Source of the DNA: Vairimorpha necatrix
Lineage: Eukaryota
DNA: 64,000 bases
Assembly (NCBI GenBank): GCA_036630325.1
Contig: CP142728.1
Span: forward strand, 806,001 to 870,000
Direction: 5' to 3'
Shown: piece after piece, positions 1 to 12,989 of the stretch
How the letters are laid out: each line of letters starts with the position of its first letter
How positions within the stretch are numbered: the stretch's first letter is position 1
Position numbers and translations under genes: made by a program
The notes under the pieces: model-generated
Database searches by the model: none
Told to the model about the DNA's origin: nothing
Seen by the model: only the letters and a program-made list of their open reading frames with translations

Positions 1-3000
1 TCTATTTTTTTATATATGCGTAAGTATAATATTAGAACGTATTTTTTGTGTGAACCAAAAGCTAAAATTTTTTTAGATAAATCGTCAATACCTATATTAT
101 GATTTAAATTTTATATAGATGTTAAAGTATGCTCGCACTAATATTAAACTGTAACAATTTTGCTTTATTTATAATTTTATTAAATCATAGCGACGTTAAT
201 TAAGGTTGTTTCGCTGTAACATCTAATTAAATATTGCTATTAAATTAATAAGGGTTAAACATAAAATAACAACACCTCTCCCTATGCGATACCCTTTCCT
301 ATAAATATACTTAACTACTATTTTCCTAAATTCATAGTGTCTGTTAGTTTATGTTCCTCGTTTTTAAGAACATTATAAGAATCTTTTGTATACACTTCAA
401 CATATTAGCCCACATAAAAACGGAGTTTATTAAATTGTCAATTTTTTTATATTTACAATTTAAGCTTAAATTTCTCGTTATAATTTAACTATTCTCTATA
501 TCAATTCCAAAATATCTAGAATTTTTTTTTGTAAGACTATTTACTATCATCCATACATCGGCCTTATATTTCCCCAAATTATCAAAAAAGTATTGTACAG
601 CATGATAAATTAAAAAAAAATACTCGCTCCTTCTTGATTGTCCTATTGACTCTAGATATTATTTCTAGTGGTTCGGATATTCTTCTAATTCTTTCAGTTG
701 CTTCATATTCCATCCCTTTTTTATTAGCTTCAAACTCATACGTTTTTTATCCATTTTTATCATCTATTTTTCATCTCATAATGCTTATTTTCACTTTTGT
801 TTCGTTGAATTTAAATTAATTGAATATTTTCTTCTCAATCAGTTTTTGAACTCTAGAAATAAAGAAAAACGATACGAAGAAAGATTATAACTTATCTACA
901 TAAAGCATTTTTAAATAAATACTCACAATTATAGCTAGTTAATATGGCGCGCGAGCGTTTATTCCTTAGGATTCCTGCCTTGTTCAAGCATTGTCCCTTG
1001 AGTTTCCTTACGGAAGGCCCTGTCTGAATCATATCTCATTTAGATTAATTAACACTCCAAACTGGATTCGAATTTACGACTCGTACGAAAACTCGTTAGT
1101 ATACAACCAGAACATTAATTTTCTAATATATAAAATTTTTCAAAAAGAAAATATTGGCATAATACCATTTTGGCCAAAATAAATATTCCTATATAAAATT
1201 ATTCTTTCTCTCAGAAAAACTGTTAAACACGAAAAAAAACATGCATTTTACAAGACAAAGATAATAAAGTTGTTTTAGAAAAGTAAAAAAAAACAGTAAA
1301 AACAAAAGGCCGCTAATTTATTTCTTGTAGATGAAGCACTATATTTAAGGTATGAGACATATGAAAACCACCTACCGGTTTTTATAGTAAAAATCTTGAA
1401 GCCATCGAAGTCAAATGTTGAGCTTTCACTAGCCTCGTCACAAAGGCGTTAACAGATTTAAGTCATCATGCAATAAGGTTTTCTCTGAAAATCCCTAGGG
1501 ACAATATTGTAAAAGTTCTTTCCGAATGCATCATATTATACAATTGCAACTGTAAACAATAATAGCCAAGTCTATATTACGGCCTCTAAACCGATGAAGC
1601 TATTATGATCGATTTAATCGCCATTACGCGCTATAAAAAGTTTATCAATGAGAATTGTTGGATTTTAACATTAGAAATGTGTATTCTAAGTTTGACTGAA
1701 CCTTTCTAAAAAAAATAAAACGGGAGGATAGGTTATAGAAAACATACTATTTATTTTACAATATAACTGGTCTCTCCAAGATTCTTTAAAGCAATTTTGA
1801 ATAAAAAATCTATAATTCACTTATAAATAAACCTTTTGCAGACTTTTTTATTGATCAAAAACATAGTGTGCCCAATCACTCACAATCAAATTGGTAAATA
1901 GAAAGATTTAACCAACATTAATTAGTACTACTTAAGTACATGTTTTTATAGAAGGGTTGCTTGCCCTTGACAATTCTAGAACAGAAAATGAAAATGAATG
2001 GCTTAAACATTCTATAAAGTTCTATACAAATTAAATTTAGACAATCATAGTGGACAAAACAAGTGCATTTATTTTTTTTCAAAAAAAAATTAGAATTTAA
2101 TTTCGTTTTTACGCATGATTAAACGAGTCTCTGATTTATAGTCTGAAAAAAATAGAATTTTGACTTGAGACAGTTAATAAAAGAGATGTGTCGAAATGTT
2201 CTTGGAGAACAATTCAAATTGTGTTAGACACTTTAATCTACCTTCCATATATGGATCGTATTTCTTAGGTCCATATCTCAATATACACTTGAAATAGGTG
2301 ACGAGGTCATTTTAACTAAAGACTTGATAATAATATCAAAACCAACAAAACTAAAATTATCTTTGTTTTTTTCTAAAGAAGTTACGATTGCAGAAATTCT
2401 CATAAACAACAGAGTGAAACGTAAAACTATAAAGATACAGAGATTTTCATTATGTCTAGTCTTAAAAACCTTTAATACAAAACAATCAATTATTAATGTA
2501 TTCATGTTTTTTCTATTTATTATTTTTGTACGTTCTGAAGATAAATCAACGCTCGCTCGCCACAATAACATTAGTTGTAAAGAACGTCTTTTTAAAATTT
2601 AGACGGGAACAACAGTAATAATAAAACCAAAAGCCAAAAAATATAAACACCTTTACAATTTATATTTAAACATCAATCATTTTAATGGGGCAGTAGTTTA
2701 AATCTTTTTTGTGTCTAATCTAAGTCTTCTTTCTTGCTTCGTACAAACTTCATTTTACAGCATTAGTACCGCAAGTATTGGATTTGCTTAAAAACTCTTT
2801 GAAAAGGACAAATTTATATCAAAACAAATTAGCTTTTTAAACAAAACTAAGATTTAAAAAGGTTTTGTGGTACAATGAATCAAAGCACAGATGATTTTTC
2901 AAAAAATTTCAAGAGAACTTTTATCTGTTACTAAAGGAATCAATTATAATTCTTCATTGGCAAGTTCTCTGCCATTACCAATTTCTAGACACCATCGACA

Positions 3001-4362
3001 TAGTATCATCAAAAACCCCTTTACATTACTGAATTTAAATCATCTCTTGAACCAAAATCTCGGTTCTTTTATTTAACCAGTTAGTTTTCTAAGACTAATT
3101 TTACTTACTGCTATTGTTTTCTCATATGTCGTTAACTACTATTTAAGATGTAACTATTATAAGTATTTGATAACTATATCACTATAATTTATTGCCAATA
3201 AAATATAAATAGCCGCTACTTCATTTTCTTGTCCTCTTAAAAAATATTTTATTCACAAGAAGTTTATTATGCAATCTAACTTACAAAGTTCAATTTTGAT
3301 TAAAAATATAATGATTCATTATTTGACTGGTTGATATTTCTTTTTTTCTTGAAAATTCTTTTAAAAATAAATTAATTCTATTCCTGTCAACCCACATCTT
3401 GATCTATATTCGTTCTTCTTATGGTACCACAAATTTTTTATATAATTTGTGTTGTCTTCTTTTGCCTCTATAAAGCCAAGCGAGTGATTTACTATGTAGT
3501 GTTCGCTTACGAAATTTCTTGACGCTGAAGATTAAAAAGCAAATTAACGGTAATCAGTAACAGTCTTTCTTTACTCTAAGTTCAAAAAAATCTTCAATAG
3601 TAGTAGATTGTCGATTTTGAAAAAATCAAGAACAATTTTTTATAATTTATAATAACGCCTAAGATCCATTGAATTCGGGCATAGAATACAAAGTTAAAGA
3701 AAAATTAGATCAATAATCCCGCTGCATATGACGAATTCATCAAATTGTACTCAAACAGAAGGACCTCCAATTTAGTAGCTAGCTTCACTATGTAGAGCAA
3801 TTACTTCAATCACTGTATTCTTGATTTTATCAGATGAATTAATACATATTTTGCAAAAATCTATTGATTATTAAGTGGTAAAATTCAATACCTGGCAATA
3901 GAATGCTCTGAGAAGTTTGTGAAATGGGTAGCTTATCCCTAAGGAATTCCCTATTTAAATTACGCTTTTCATTAACATAACGATAATCTTAACTGTCAGT
4001 AAAGCTGGAACATCCCTAACGTTCATAAGAACAGGTCGTTCTGAAGTCGACAATGTCTGCAAGCAAACAATCATTTAAGAAGACCCTTTACTAAAAAGTT
4101 AAATTGCTGCTTCAATGTTTCTAAAGCACATATCTTCACAGATATTCATTTCCAAAATAGTCTCCTTGATTTTTAATCTTAAGGAGACTGTTACCAGAGG
4201 AAGAGTTGGTTTTTAGGAGTATTTCTAATAGAATGAGAACTATATTTATTGGAATAATACTCTATTAAAGATTTCTTAAATAGTTTAGTTGAAAATCATT
4301 AGCAACTGTTTCATCTTTCAATTTTAGTCTGAATTTTTGGCGTGTGCAATGCAGCCGGTAAC

Positions 4363-4578
4363 ACTCTCCCCTCCTTAGAACAAGGCTTCACTTCCCGGAA
4401 AGATGTTATATTTCCAGTAGATTGTCAACCGTTTGTATATTACAAATTCATTTTTGTTGAAAAAACGTTCCAATCCACCCTCAATACTCCGTAATTCATA
4501 GGCACCTTTAGGTTTTTTTGGATCATGAGTATTATACGACATATATAAAAAATAAAGATTTGGCAGACTAAGAGACAA
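4363..4578 (-). pseudogene. Decayed Ty3/gypsy integrase C-terminal remnant with polypurine tract
   Basis: ORF fragment KKPKGAYELRSIEGG resembles RKGAYEI in the integrase tails at 43.2 and 52.7 kb. It is followed by a PPT-like CTCTCCCCTCC (plus strand) at about 4363. Confidence 0.4.
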
Positions 4579-7500
4579 AAAAAATCATGATGCATATTAA
4601 AAAAATTCAACAACCTTAGTAAAATTGTTTTAGAACCTTCTATATCGATCTCAAAACTTAATTTCTATAAAATTATTTTGCAATATTTCTTTTAAATACC
4701 TTTCATTATTGATAATAAATTTTTGCTTAGCCCCGTATGATATTACATGTTGAGTAGAGACTTCTGTGTTAAGATTCATAAAATTGAGAGAATGATATAC
4801 CATTGATTTCTGACTTCTAATGTTTTCTAAATTTTTTTTGTAGATGACCCATTAATTGCTGTATAAAATACTCCTATATTTATGATATTTTAATAATAGG
4901 TAACAGAATTTCCTCAGATCTATTAGTTACGACTTTCAAATATTCTTTTGCCGTTTAAGGTGGTATCGACAATACCGAAAATTACACTTGATGATTTGAA
5001 CTTCTACCAATATGACATTTCTGCTTGACGCGAAATAATGATTCGACCACTTGGCATACAATTTTCGTTACTTCTAACAAAATAGAGTTTCATAAAAGTT
5101 TCATGAAACTAGAACCCCCAAACTATAATTTAGAAAGATTTTTTCATTCAATGACAGTTGACATCTAATATTATATTTTCATTTCTCAACCACATTATTT
5201 AACGGCCAAGACGTCAGATAGACTCAATTTAAATAGTAAAAGAGTTAATCGTACGCTTTAAATCAAGAACGAGAGCATTTCCACTTTACACCCCTACATA
5301 TATAAATACCAATTTAAAAAAATATCCCAAACTTTTGAAATTCAAAGCAGACAGAACGAGAAAGAGAAAAATCTCAAAGCAAAAATTTTAATAAAACAAG
5401 ATAATAACTAAAAATAAACAAATTATAAATTCGTTTTTTTAACTTTTTATGTATCTTTATTTTACTATCTGTCATGTATCCGGGGTACATGGCCATTTTT
5501 ATAAAAATTTTCAATGTAATTATATTTATTGATGGTTGTTCTCTTGCTCTTAGATTCCATACCCCTCAAAGACAGACTTTCTTTTATATTTTATTTTTAA
5601 TTAATTATTCTTTGTCAACACTAAACACAAACATTGGCATACTTACGAATATAGTAGCGACCATGCAACTTTCGTTTGTTTATTTGTGTGACTCGTCTTG
5701 GGGGGGGGGTCACTTGAAATGGTTGACATTCCTCTGAACATAAGTGACAGAAGGCATATTTGAAATCTGTCCATGTGATGTAGTATTGTACATCACACTA
5801 TCAACTTGATTAATTCTGTTTTTATTATACATTTATCTGTATGTAATAAGAAAAATTATTGAAAATTGTCATACCCTCACTATGACCAATTATACTCAAG
5901 GAAATAGTTGTTTCAGATCAATGTTTTAATTGGTACTCGTGTAACCAATAATATTTGATTTGATTCAGAAAAAACTATTTAAGAAAATTATTTTTAAATA
6001 AATATGAAGTTCTCTTCAACTTGTAAATCTATTTACATTTCCTTCTTAAAAACCAACAAGGTACCGCCAAGACATCCCAAATATATATATAATGAACATT
6101 TACATCAACTAAATTATTATATTATAAATTAAAAATAAGTACAAACAAATATTAATATTAATTCATGAAATTAATCGTATAGCAGTTTATTAAATATAGT
6201 TTACAATTTTTATGTTATATAATAAATATGAATGATTTAAAGAACATAAATATTAGATTACATATCTTCGTTGGTCTATGTGGTATTAACCACATGAGAT
6301 TATTGACATGTCGAGATGTCAATAATCTCAACAATTTTTTCTAGAAATTATTTTTGTATAAATAAAAATAATTTGTTAGAGGCAAGTATTCCAGAAAGAA
6401 TGAATAACAACAATAAGAACAATAAATATATTAACAGTAATCACAAATATATTTAACATGATGATAAAACTATATCAAGTATAATAGAGAGTTTTCTCAT
6501 TACGGGGAAGGTCCCACTGAGAAATTCCACAGTCTATAAAACTAATAAATAACAAAAATACTAATTTTTATACATAGTAAAATAATCATAAACAAATCTA
6601 AAATCTGTTTTAAACAGCATAAAAATAATGAAAACATTATTATAAGCATTAGAATCTAATTATAATGACATAAGAAAATAAATATATTTTTATGTATTTA
6701 GACATCAATTTTAGCATAATTCAGAAAAAATAATACTTAAATTTGTTTTATTCTTATGTTTGACAATAATATGATCAAATTAGAAATCAATAAAACTATT
6801 TTTTTTGTACTTTAAAATTTATTTATTTTCTCCTCCTTTTTTTACATTTTGGTTTTGTATAAAAGGGAAATTTTTTAAAATTGGTATTTATATATGCAGG
6901 GGAGGGGGTGTAAAGTGGAAATTGACCCAAAAATGCTTTAGAATAGTTAGAATTATAAAACTTAAAGTTCTTTTATAAATTACGTCTTATTTACCCTTAT
7001 CGGAGATATATTTAAACAATAATTCTTCCACTTTTAACAATTAAAAAATAAGTTTCTTTCTTTTGAAATCTCGATCACATGCTCTACTTTAAAGCTTTTA
7101 ATTCTTAGAATTTGTTCCGATTAAAAAGTTTAATTTTCAATTTTAGAGGCATAATAATAAATATTTTTAGGGCGTATTATACAAAATAATATGTCGTATA
7201 AACCAATAATCTGTTTATTTATGACTATGTAGGAATCGATGTATTTTATCAAGTTTGCTAGTCATATACCTAATGCTAATGAACATTAATGTTCATTCTT
7301 TTACGTCGTCGGCGGATAGTTTTCTCAATTTCTGTTTTTCATATTTTCTGATACCTTCATCATTCTTTCCGCATGTAAATTCTCGTATTTTGTTGTTGAG
7401 TCTTGTGCGTTCGATCAGATTATCCGTCGGTTTTAAACAACATTTCAAAGTCGCTCTGTAGTTCTTCGATTGTGCTAAGTAGTACGACTTTCCTGCCATA

Positions 7501-7859
7501 GCATTTCGAATGGAGACATATGCGATTTTATGATACTGTATACCTTGTACTACATAATTACAAGTGGTAAATACCTATCCCACTGGCTCTATAAATCTTC
7601 GCCGCCTTCGATTACTTACCTACTAAACTTTGGTTTGTCCGTTTCACAAGTCCATTTGATTGTAAGCGATGAAACTCGAGTGTCTGTAGTGAGCACCAAA
7701 TAGCCCCGTAACCTTTTTTACAATCTTGTTAATATGTTTATTATTATTCATAAAATTAGGAGTAACATATAAAATATCTAAAAATCTATCAAAATCTCAC
7801 TGTACAAAGTTGGTTCATAAACTAAAAGCTTAAACTGAGAAGCTTGTCTTTTTATTTTC

Positions 7860-10150
7860 CTTTTTCCTATTTTGCTTATATACGCATTTTATTTGTTCAA
7901 AATAAACACATCTTCGAACCTTTAACTTGTGGCTACATTTTTCTTTATTTCCTTCTTGTCTGATTAACACAGCCTCCCCTGGTCTAAAAAAATAATACTC
8001 TTCGCCTTATCCATTCTTTTTAATGTAGATAATAATTTTCAATTGAATCTGTCTTAGTTTGTCTTGTACATTTAACAATGTTGCTTTTGGGATGTCATTA
8101 AGATTTCAGTATAAAATGTTTTGTTGTAAATCTCTATACCTCTATCTACTTAGTTTTAAAAGAACTGTCTTTCTTATTCTTAACAATTAGATCTTGTAGT
8201 GTCTTATTGATCTAACCACTCTACCATTGGGTTGGTGATTGTAGATAACCGTATAATGTAACTCAAAAATAAGATTCTTATAAAATTTGACGGTTTTTAT
8301 TGCTTAAATTTTTTTTTGACTGATCTAATAGAAGTGTTTTTATCATAACCTTTTCGTTGACTTCTTCTATAAAACTCATCTTTTTTCATCGTTTCTTGAA
8401 CTAAGAATTTTTGCAAAACCTTTTCTATTAAAATAATCAATTGCTGATATAAGGTATTGCTTTCCTATTGGGCCTATTATATCCCCCGCAATCTTTTCTC
8501 CTCTATCAAACGCCGTAACAAAAAATAAACTTTTTTCTTTTTTGAATTATATTGACAACTTATCTCACATTCATTTAGTACTATCTTAACTAGCTTTTCT
8601 ACATTATTAATTTTTAGTCCTCTTTTTGTAATTTCATACTCCAATGATTGTTTCCCTCTATGTAATAGTTCTAAATGAATAGCTCGCACAATTTCTTTTT
8701 CTTCAACCTCATACTTCTCGATTTCTATATCCTTTCTGTTTTCTTTGTCTTCTTCCAGTTGTTTACTATCATCCTCTATTTCCTCATCTTTAACAAAATC
8801 AAAATTTCTGCTCAAACAATCTACATGAGGCATGTCTTTGCCTTGTCTGTACGTAATCTTAAAGCAATATCTAGACATTCTATCTAACTATTTTTAAATT
8901 CTCGGGGAATTAATTTCACCTTTATTAAGTACTTCTAATGCTTTATGGCCTGTAATTACCTCAAATTTCGCACCATATAAAATGTAATTATAATTTTCCA
9001 TGCCCCATAACATGGCCAAACACTCTTTCTCACTAATACCGTAATTAATTTCATGATCTTTTTGTTTTCTAGAAGCAAATGCAATAGGTATCTCCTCTCC
9101 ATCAATGATCTGATTAAGCACTGCCGATTCCATACTTAGAAGCGTCAGCTGTCAAAATAAAATCTCAAGTATAAATAGGTTGAAATAATTCTATGTTCGT
9201 TTGAGAATCTCTTTGATCTCCTTAGAAATTTTCTCTTCTTCCTCTGTTTAAATGAACTGTTTCTTGTCTTTTAATAACTCGTATAGCGGACTACATATAC
9301 CGGAGCAGTCTTAAATAAATTTTCTATAATATTTAATAGTTCGTAAAAATTCCTTAGCTGTTCTTATCCCTTGGCGATTTTAAATCTTCTATTCCCTGTA
9401 AGTTATTAACTAACGGGAGTATCTTATTTTCTTCCATATGGTGTCCTAGAAAGTCGATTTCACGCCATCTAAAACTAGATTTGTCTTCATTTATTTTAAG
9501 TTTGTTTCTATCTAAAGCTTCTCTAAATCTTTTATATGCCTAATCATGTTCCTTTTCATCTCTGCCAAAAATAAAAATATCATCCACATAACAGAAACAG
9601 CCCTTTCCTATTTCTTCTTTGAGCGCAAAATCCATGAACCCCTGGAATATTGTGGTGAATTTTTAAATCCTTGTGGCATCACCTTCCATTCATACAGTCT
9701 ATGTTTGAATCTAAATGCCGTCTTGAATCTACCTCTTTCCACCAACTTAATTTGAAAAAACCCACCTTCCAGATCAAACTTTGAGAAAAATTTCATTATA
9801 CGAAAATTTCACTAAATCTCGTCTATTCTGGATAGGTCAAAATGCCAAGTTTAACTATTTTATTTAACGCTACTGAATTTGTAGTCACTCAAATAGAACC
9901 ATGGGTTTTATTACCAACCGAAGATTATTAAGCCATAAGACTTAGACTCCCAAATGTATTCCTTGCTTAAAAGCTTTTGAATCGCTATTTAAACGTCTTC
10001 TTCCATGTTCTTTGACAATTTATATACGGCCTCTACTACTTTATTGCCCGCTTTCGACTTGATTTCGCATACATATCCTTTATCTTCTGTTTCCATCGTT
10101 CCCCATCCGATTTCCCGACCAATACTTTTTCAATTCTTAGTTTGAGGAAA
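7860..10150 (-). pseudogene. Degraded Ty3/gypsy pol (RT-RNaseH-integrase)
   Basis: Fragments FSKFDLEGGFFQI/TAFRFKHRLYEWKVMPQGFKN, PIAFASR..SEKECLAMLW and MPHVDCLSRN..IHLELLHRG are collinear with the intact pol at 20361-23138. Many stops and frameshifts; boundaries approximate. Confidence 0.85.
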
Positions 10151-10865
10151 AAAAATTTTAAACGATAAACTAAGTCTTAAAACGTCAATTCAATAAATGT
10201 ATGTTTGTTTACTGTCGTGGCCAGTATGGGGGCCACAAAATATGATCAGTTGTTGCAAGAAGATTGGTCGATTAAAATATGTAATTTAATGCTGGAAAGA
10301 GGGGATGGAAAATATTAATAAACAGTTTAACGACATTTACTATAAAAGGCTCTTCAAGGCAGGTCTTAAATACCATTTTCTAGGAATTCCATTGAAATGG
10401 TTGATTAAACTTTGCAGCCACTGCGTTACTGATAAAGTTGTAAGTTCAAACAGTGTCAAAAATAATAGAAATCTCTTGTCCATAAAAATAAACTAAATTA
10501 CTTTATTTTTAATAATGTCTGTACTCCGGCATGTCCCCCGATCCGAAGTAGAAGACGGCGAGTCTAAACTAGCATATTTATATTGTTCTCTTATTTTTTG
10601 CTCATCGGAATTGTGGGTCAGGGGTAAATTCCGTTTAAATAGTTAATTATATTAACTATCAACTCTTTGAGATGTAAACAAACAAACAAGAAACCAAAAA
10701 AAACTAAATTAGTAGTACTTTATGTGACATGCACTTTTCCTACTTTTAGTTTGTGCATGTAAAACATGTCCAATGATTGTTTACAATTCTTCGAAATGCT
10801 TGAACGCACCAATAATCATTGTTTAATTGGAAGCCTATCGTCAGTGCAGGTCTGCAGCCTGGCAC

Positions 10866-11576
10866 TCTCCCTTCTTTCGAAAGAATCCAATCTCTTAAAT
10901 CTGACTCTTCAATTTTTATTAGATCTTTTCGATTAACTGAGTATCGCTTTCCATTTAAACCTTCAATTTCATAGTTTCCATTCTTCCCCTTTTTATAACT
11001 TTATAGATTCCATCAAAGTTTGCATCTAACTTATTATCTTTTTCAGTTAAAAGTTTTTTGCTTCTTACGTAATCATTTTCATCAATATCGTCAAGGCTTC
11101 TACCTTTTTTAACATTTGTTATTTCTTTTTCGCGTATTTCCTTTTCTTCATTTATCATTAATTTACGAAATTCGTTTAATCTCTCGACCATAAGGCCATT
11201 ATCTCCAAAGATATTAGCATCTATCTTAGCCCCTAGAAACATATTTGGCAATCTCCCATATAAAAGTTCGTACGGGAACCTTTAAGATTGTTTTTTTTTG
11301 GAGATATTCGGTAAGCAAATATCGCATAGGAGAGGTATTCATCCCACTGTTTCCCCCACCATCAACTAATTTTGCTAGTTTACCTAACAAGGTTTGATTA
11401 GTGCGCACTGCCAACCCATCACATTTCGGGCCGTAACTTGAAGTAAACGATTTCTTACAATTCATCATACAACATATAGTCTTTATCAATCTGCTGGGGA
11501 ATTTCGTACCTTGATCAGACAATATTTCCTTAGGAAGTCCATGTTGGCAAATTATCTTCTTTAGTATAAATAAAGA
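10866..11576 (-). pseudogene. Degraded Ty3/gypsy integrase with PPT
   Basis: IICQHGLPKEILSDQGTKF...FTSSYGPKCDGLAVRTNQTL...KLDANFDGIYKV; PPT CTCTCCCTTCTTTC at about 10866; same family as the elements at 43 and 52 kb. Confidence 0.8.
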
Positions 11577-11827
11577 GGCACTCCTTAAATTCAAAATCAC
11601 AGGGGTTAAAAAATTAAAAAATTCACATACATGTATTGTAAGCATTCTACAAAAAAAATTACAAATGCCCCTATGATTTTGAATTTAAGGAAAGCGATTT
11701 TGTGAACTTCAATTTTTCACCCCTAATACAAGTTAGAAATCTCTACAGCATAATATTTGTTGAAGAGGAAGCAGCCATAGAATACTTAAAGGCTTTAAAC
11801 TTCTACAGAAATACTATAAAGTGTGAC
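11577..11827 (+). mobile_element. Probable left-end fragment of a Merlin-type DNA transposon
   Basis: Starts with GG where integrase homology stops. A 23-bp inverted repeat (11583-11605/11668-11690, 1 mismatch) is followed by a CCCC motif and an EEEAAIEYLKAL..TIKC-like transposase N-terminus. Confidence 0.4.
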
Positions 11828-12011
11828 TGTGTATCATGCCCACGGGGATAACACCCGTCTTTAAATAGTTCTCAATTATACTTATAATATTTTTATTTTT
11901 ACAAATGTTTAATTCATTGTATCTTGGCTCTTGTCCTAGTCTGGCTCTCTCTTGATTGAATGCTTCTCTTCTTATTTTATCTTCCCCTTCTTTTAAAACT
12001 TTTCTTTAAAT

Positions 12012-12372
12012 TGTGGTGCGAGCTGCCTCCCTGGCCGCTCGGCTTGTTTAAATAATTTGAATACTTATAATATTTATTGACTCTTGTGCTTTTCATGCCT
12101 CGGTGAAGGGCTAGAAATTCCTCCTTTTATGTTTTATTTTTAATAAATGTCAAGCATATCATTAATTGGAGGGAAAGCTGGTCTCTTGTACAGCTTTCCA
12201 TATTCTGGCCATATTCACTAGAATAGACATTTTCTTATTCGTATTTGTTTGTTGACGAAGACGTATTTGTTTACGTCCATGACTCGGGCGTAATTGAGAT
12301 ATGACAGCCGGGGATTTAAATATTAGAGTCTCATTAGGCTTGTAATAGGTGCAGGAAGGATGTCGTGTGACA
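12012..12372 (-). repeat. Solo LTR (361 bp) with 5-bp TSD TAAAT
   Basis: TG...CA ends; TAAAT at 12007-12011 and 12373-12377; reverse-complement homolog of the LTR at 63370-63730. Confidence 0.9.
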
Positions 12373-12989
12373 TAAATATTTTTGTAAAATATGATTAATG
12401 GAATTTTTGATAAAAATTAAATATCAAAAATGCTTATATGGCATCAGGCTATATCATGTAAAAAAAATTTAATCAACAATCTATAAACACCACTAGGAGA
12501 AGTCAATACAACGGTAGTATGTATTGCGGGCGATAAAATTTATGAAGTAGTAGATATAGGAAGTAATTGTAATTTAATTAGTTGGAAGCTGGTAAAAGAA
12601 AAGAGATTTCTCAACAACAAAATAAAAGTGACTACTAAAACTAATATCTTTGGACAAGAAAACACTTTAACAGAGTACGTAGAAATAACTGCAACTTATA
12701 TAACATCCAAATAACGACTAACTTCAACATTATGACTAATAATCAGTTTATCTTTTGATTGAACCCCTAACTATTGTAAATGTAAAAAAATTGAGACATG
12801 AGGTAGGTGAACTTGAGAAGAAGGGTTGTAAAGTATTTAAAGTAAACCATCAGAAGGTTCTATTAAAATAATTTGCACAATAGATACAAGAGAAGGAACC
12901 TAAGTCAATATTAAAAAAGAAATATACCAAATTTGACATATAAGGTAACTAAAAAACAATAACAAAGCTATTAAATTCAGGTTATATGT

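Noticed and set aside
1290-2250. Possible mariner/Merlin transposase remnants
   Set aside because: Only faint motif fragments; no TIR or TSD identified.
7255-7710. Short ORFs in a slightly GC-richer patch
   Set aside because: No recognisable domain; likely TE debris.
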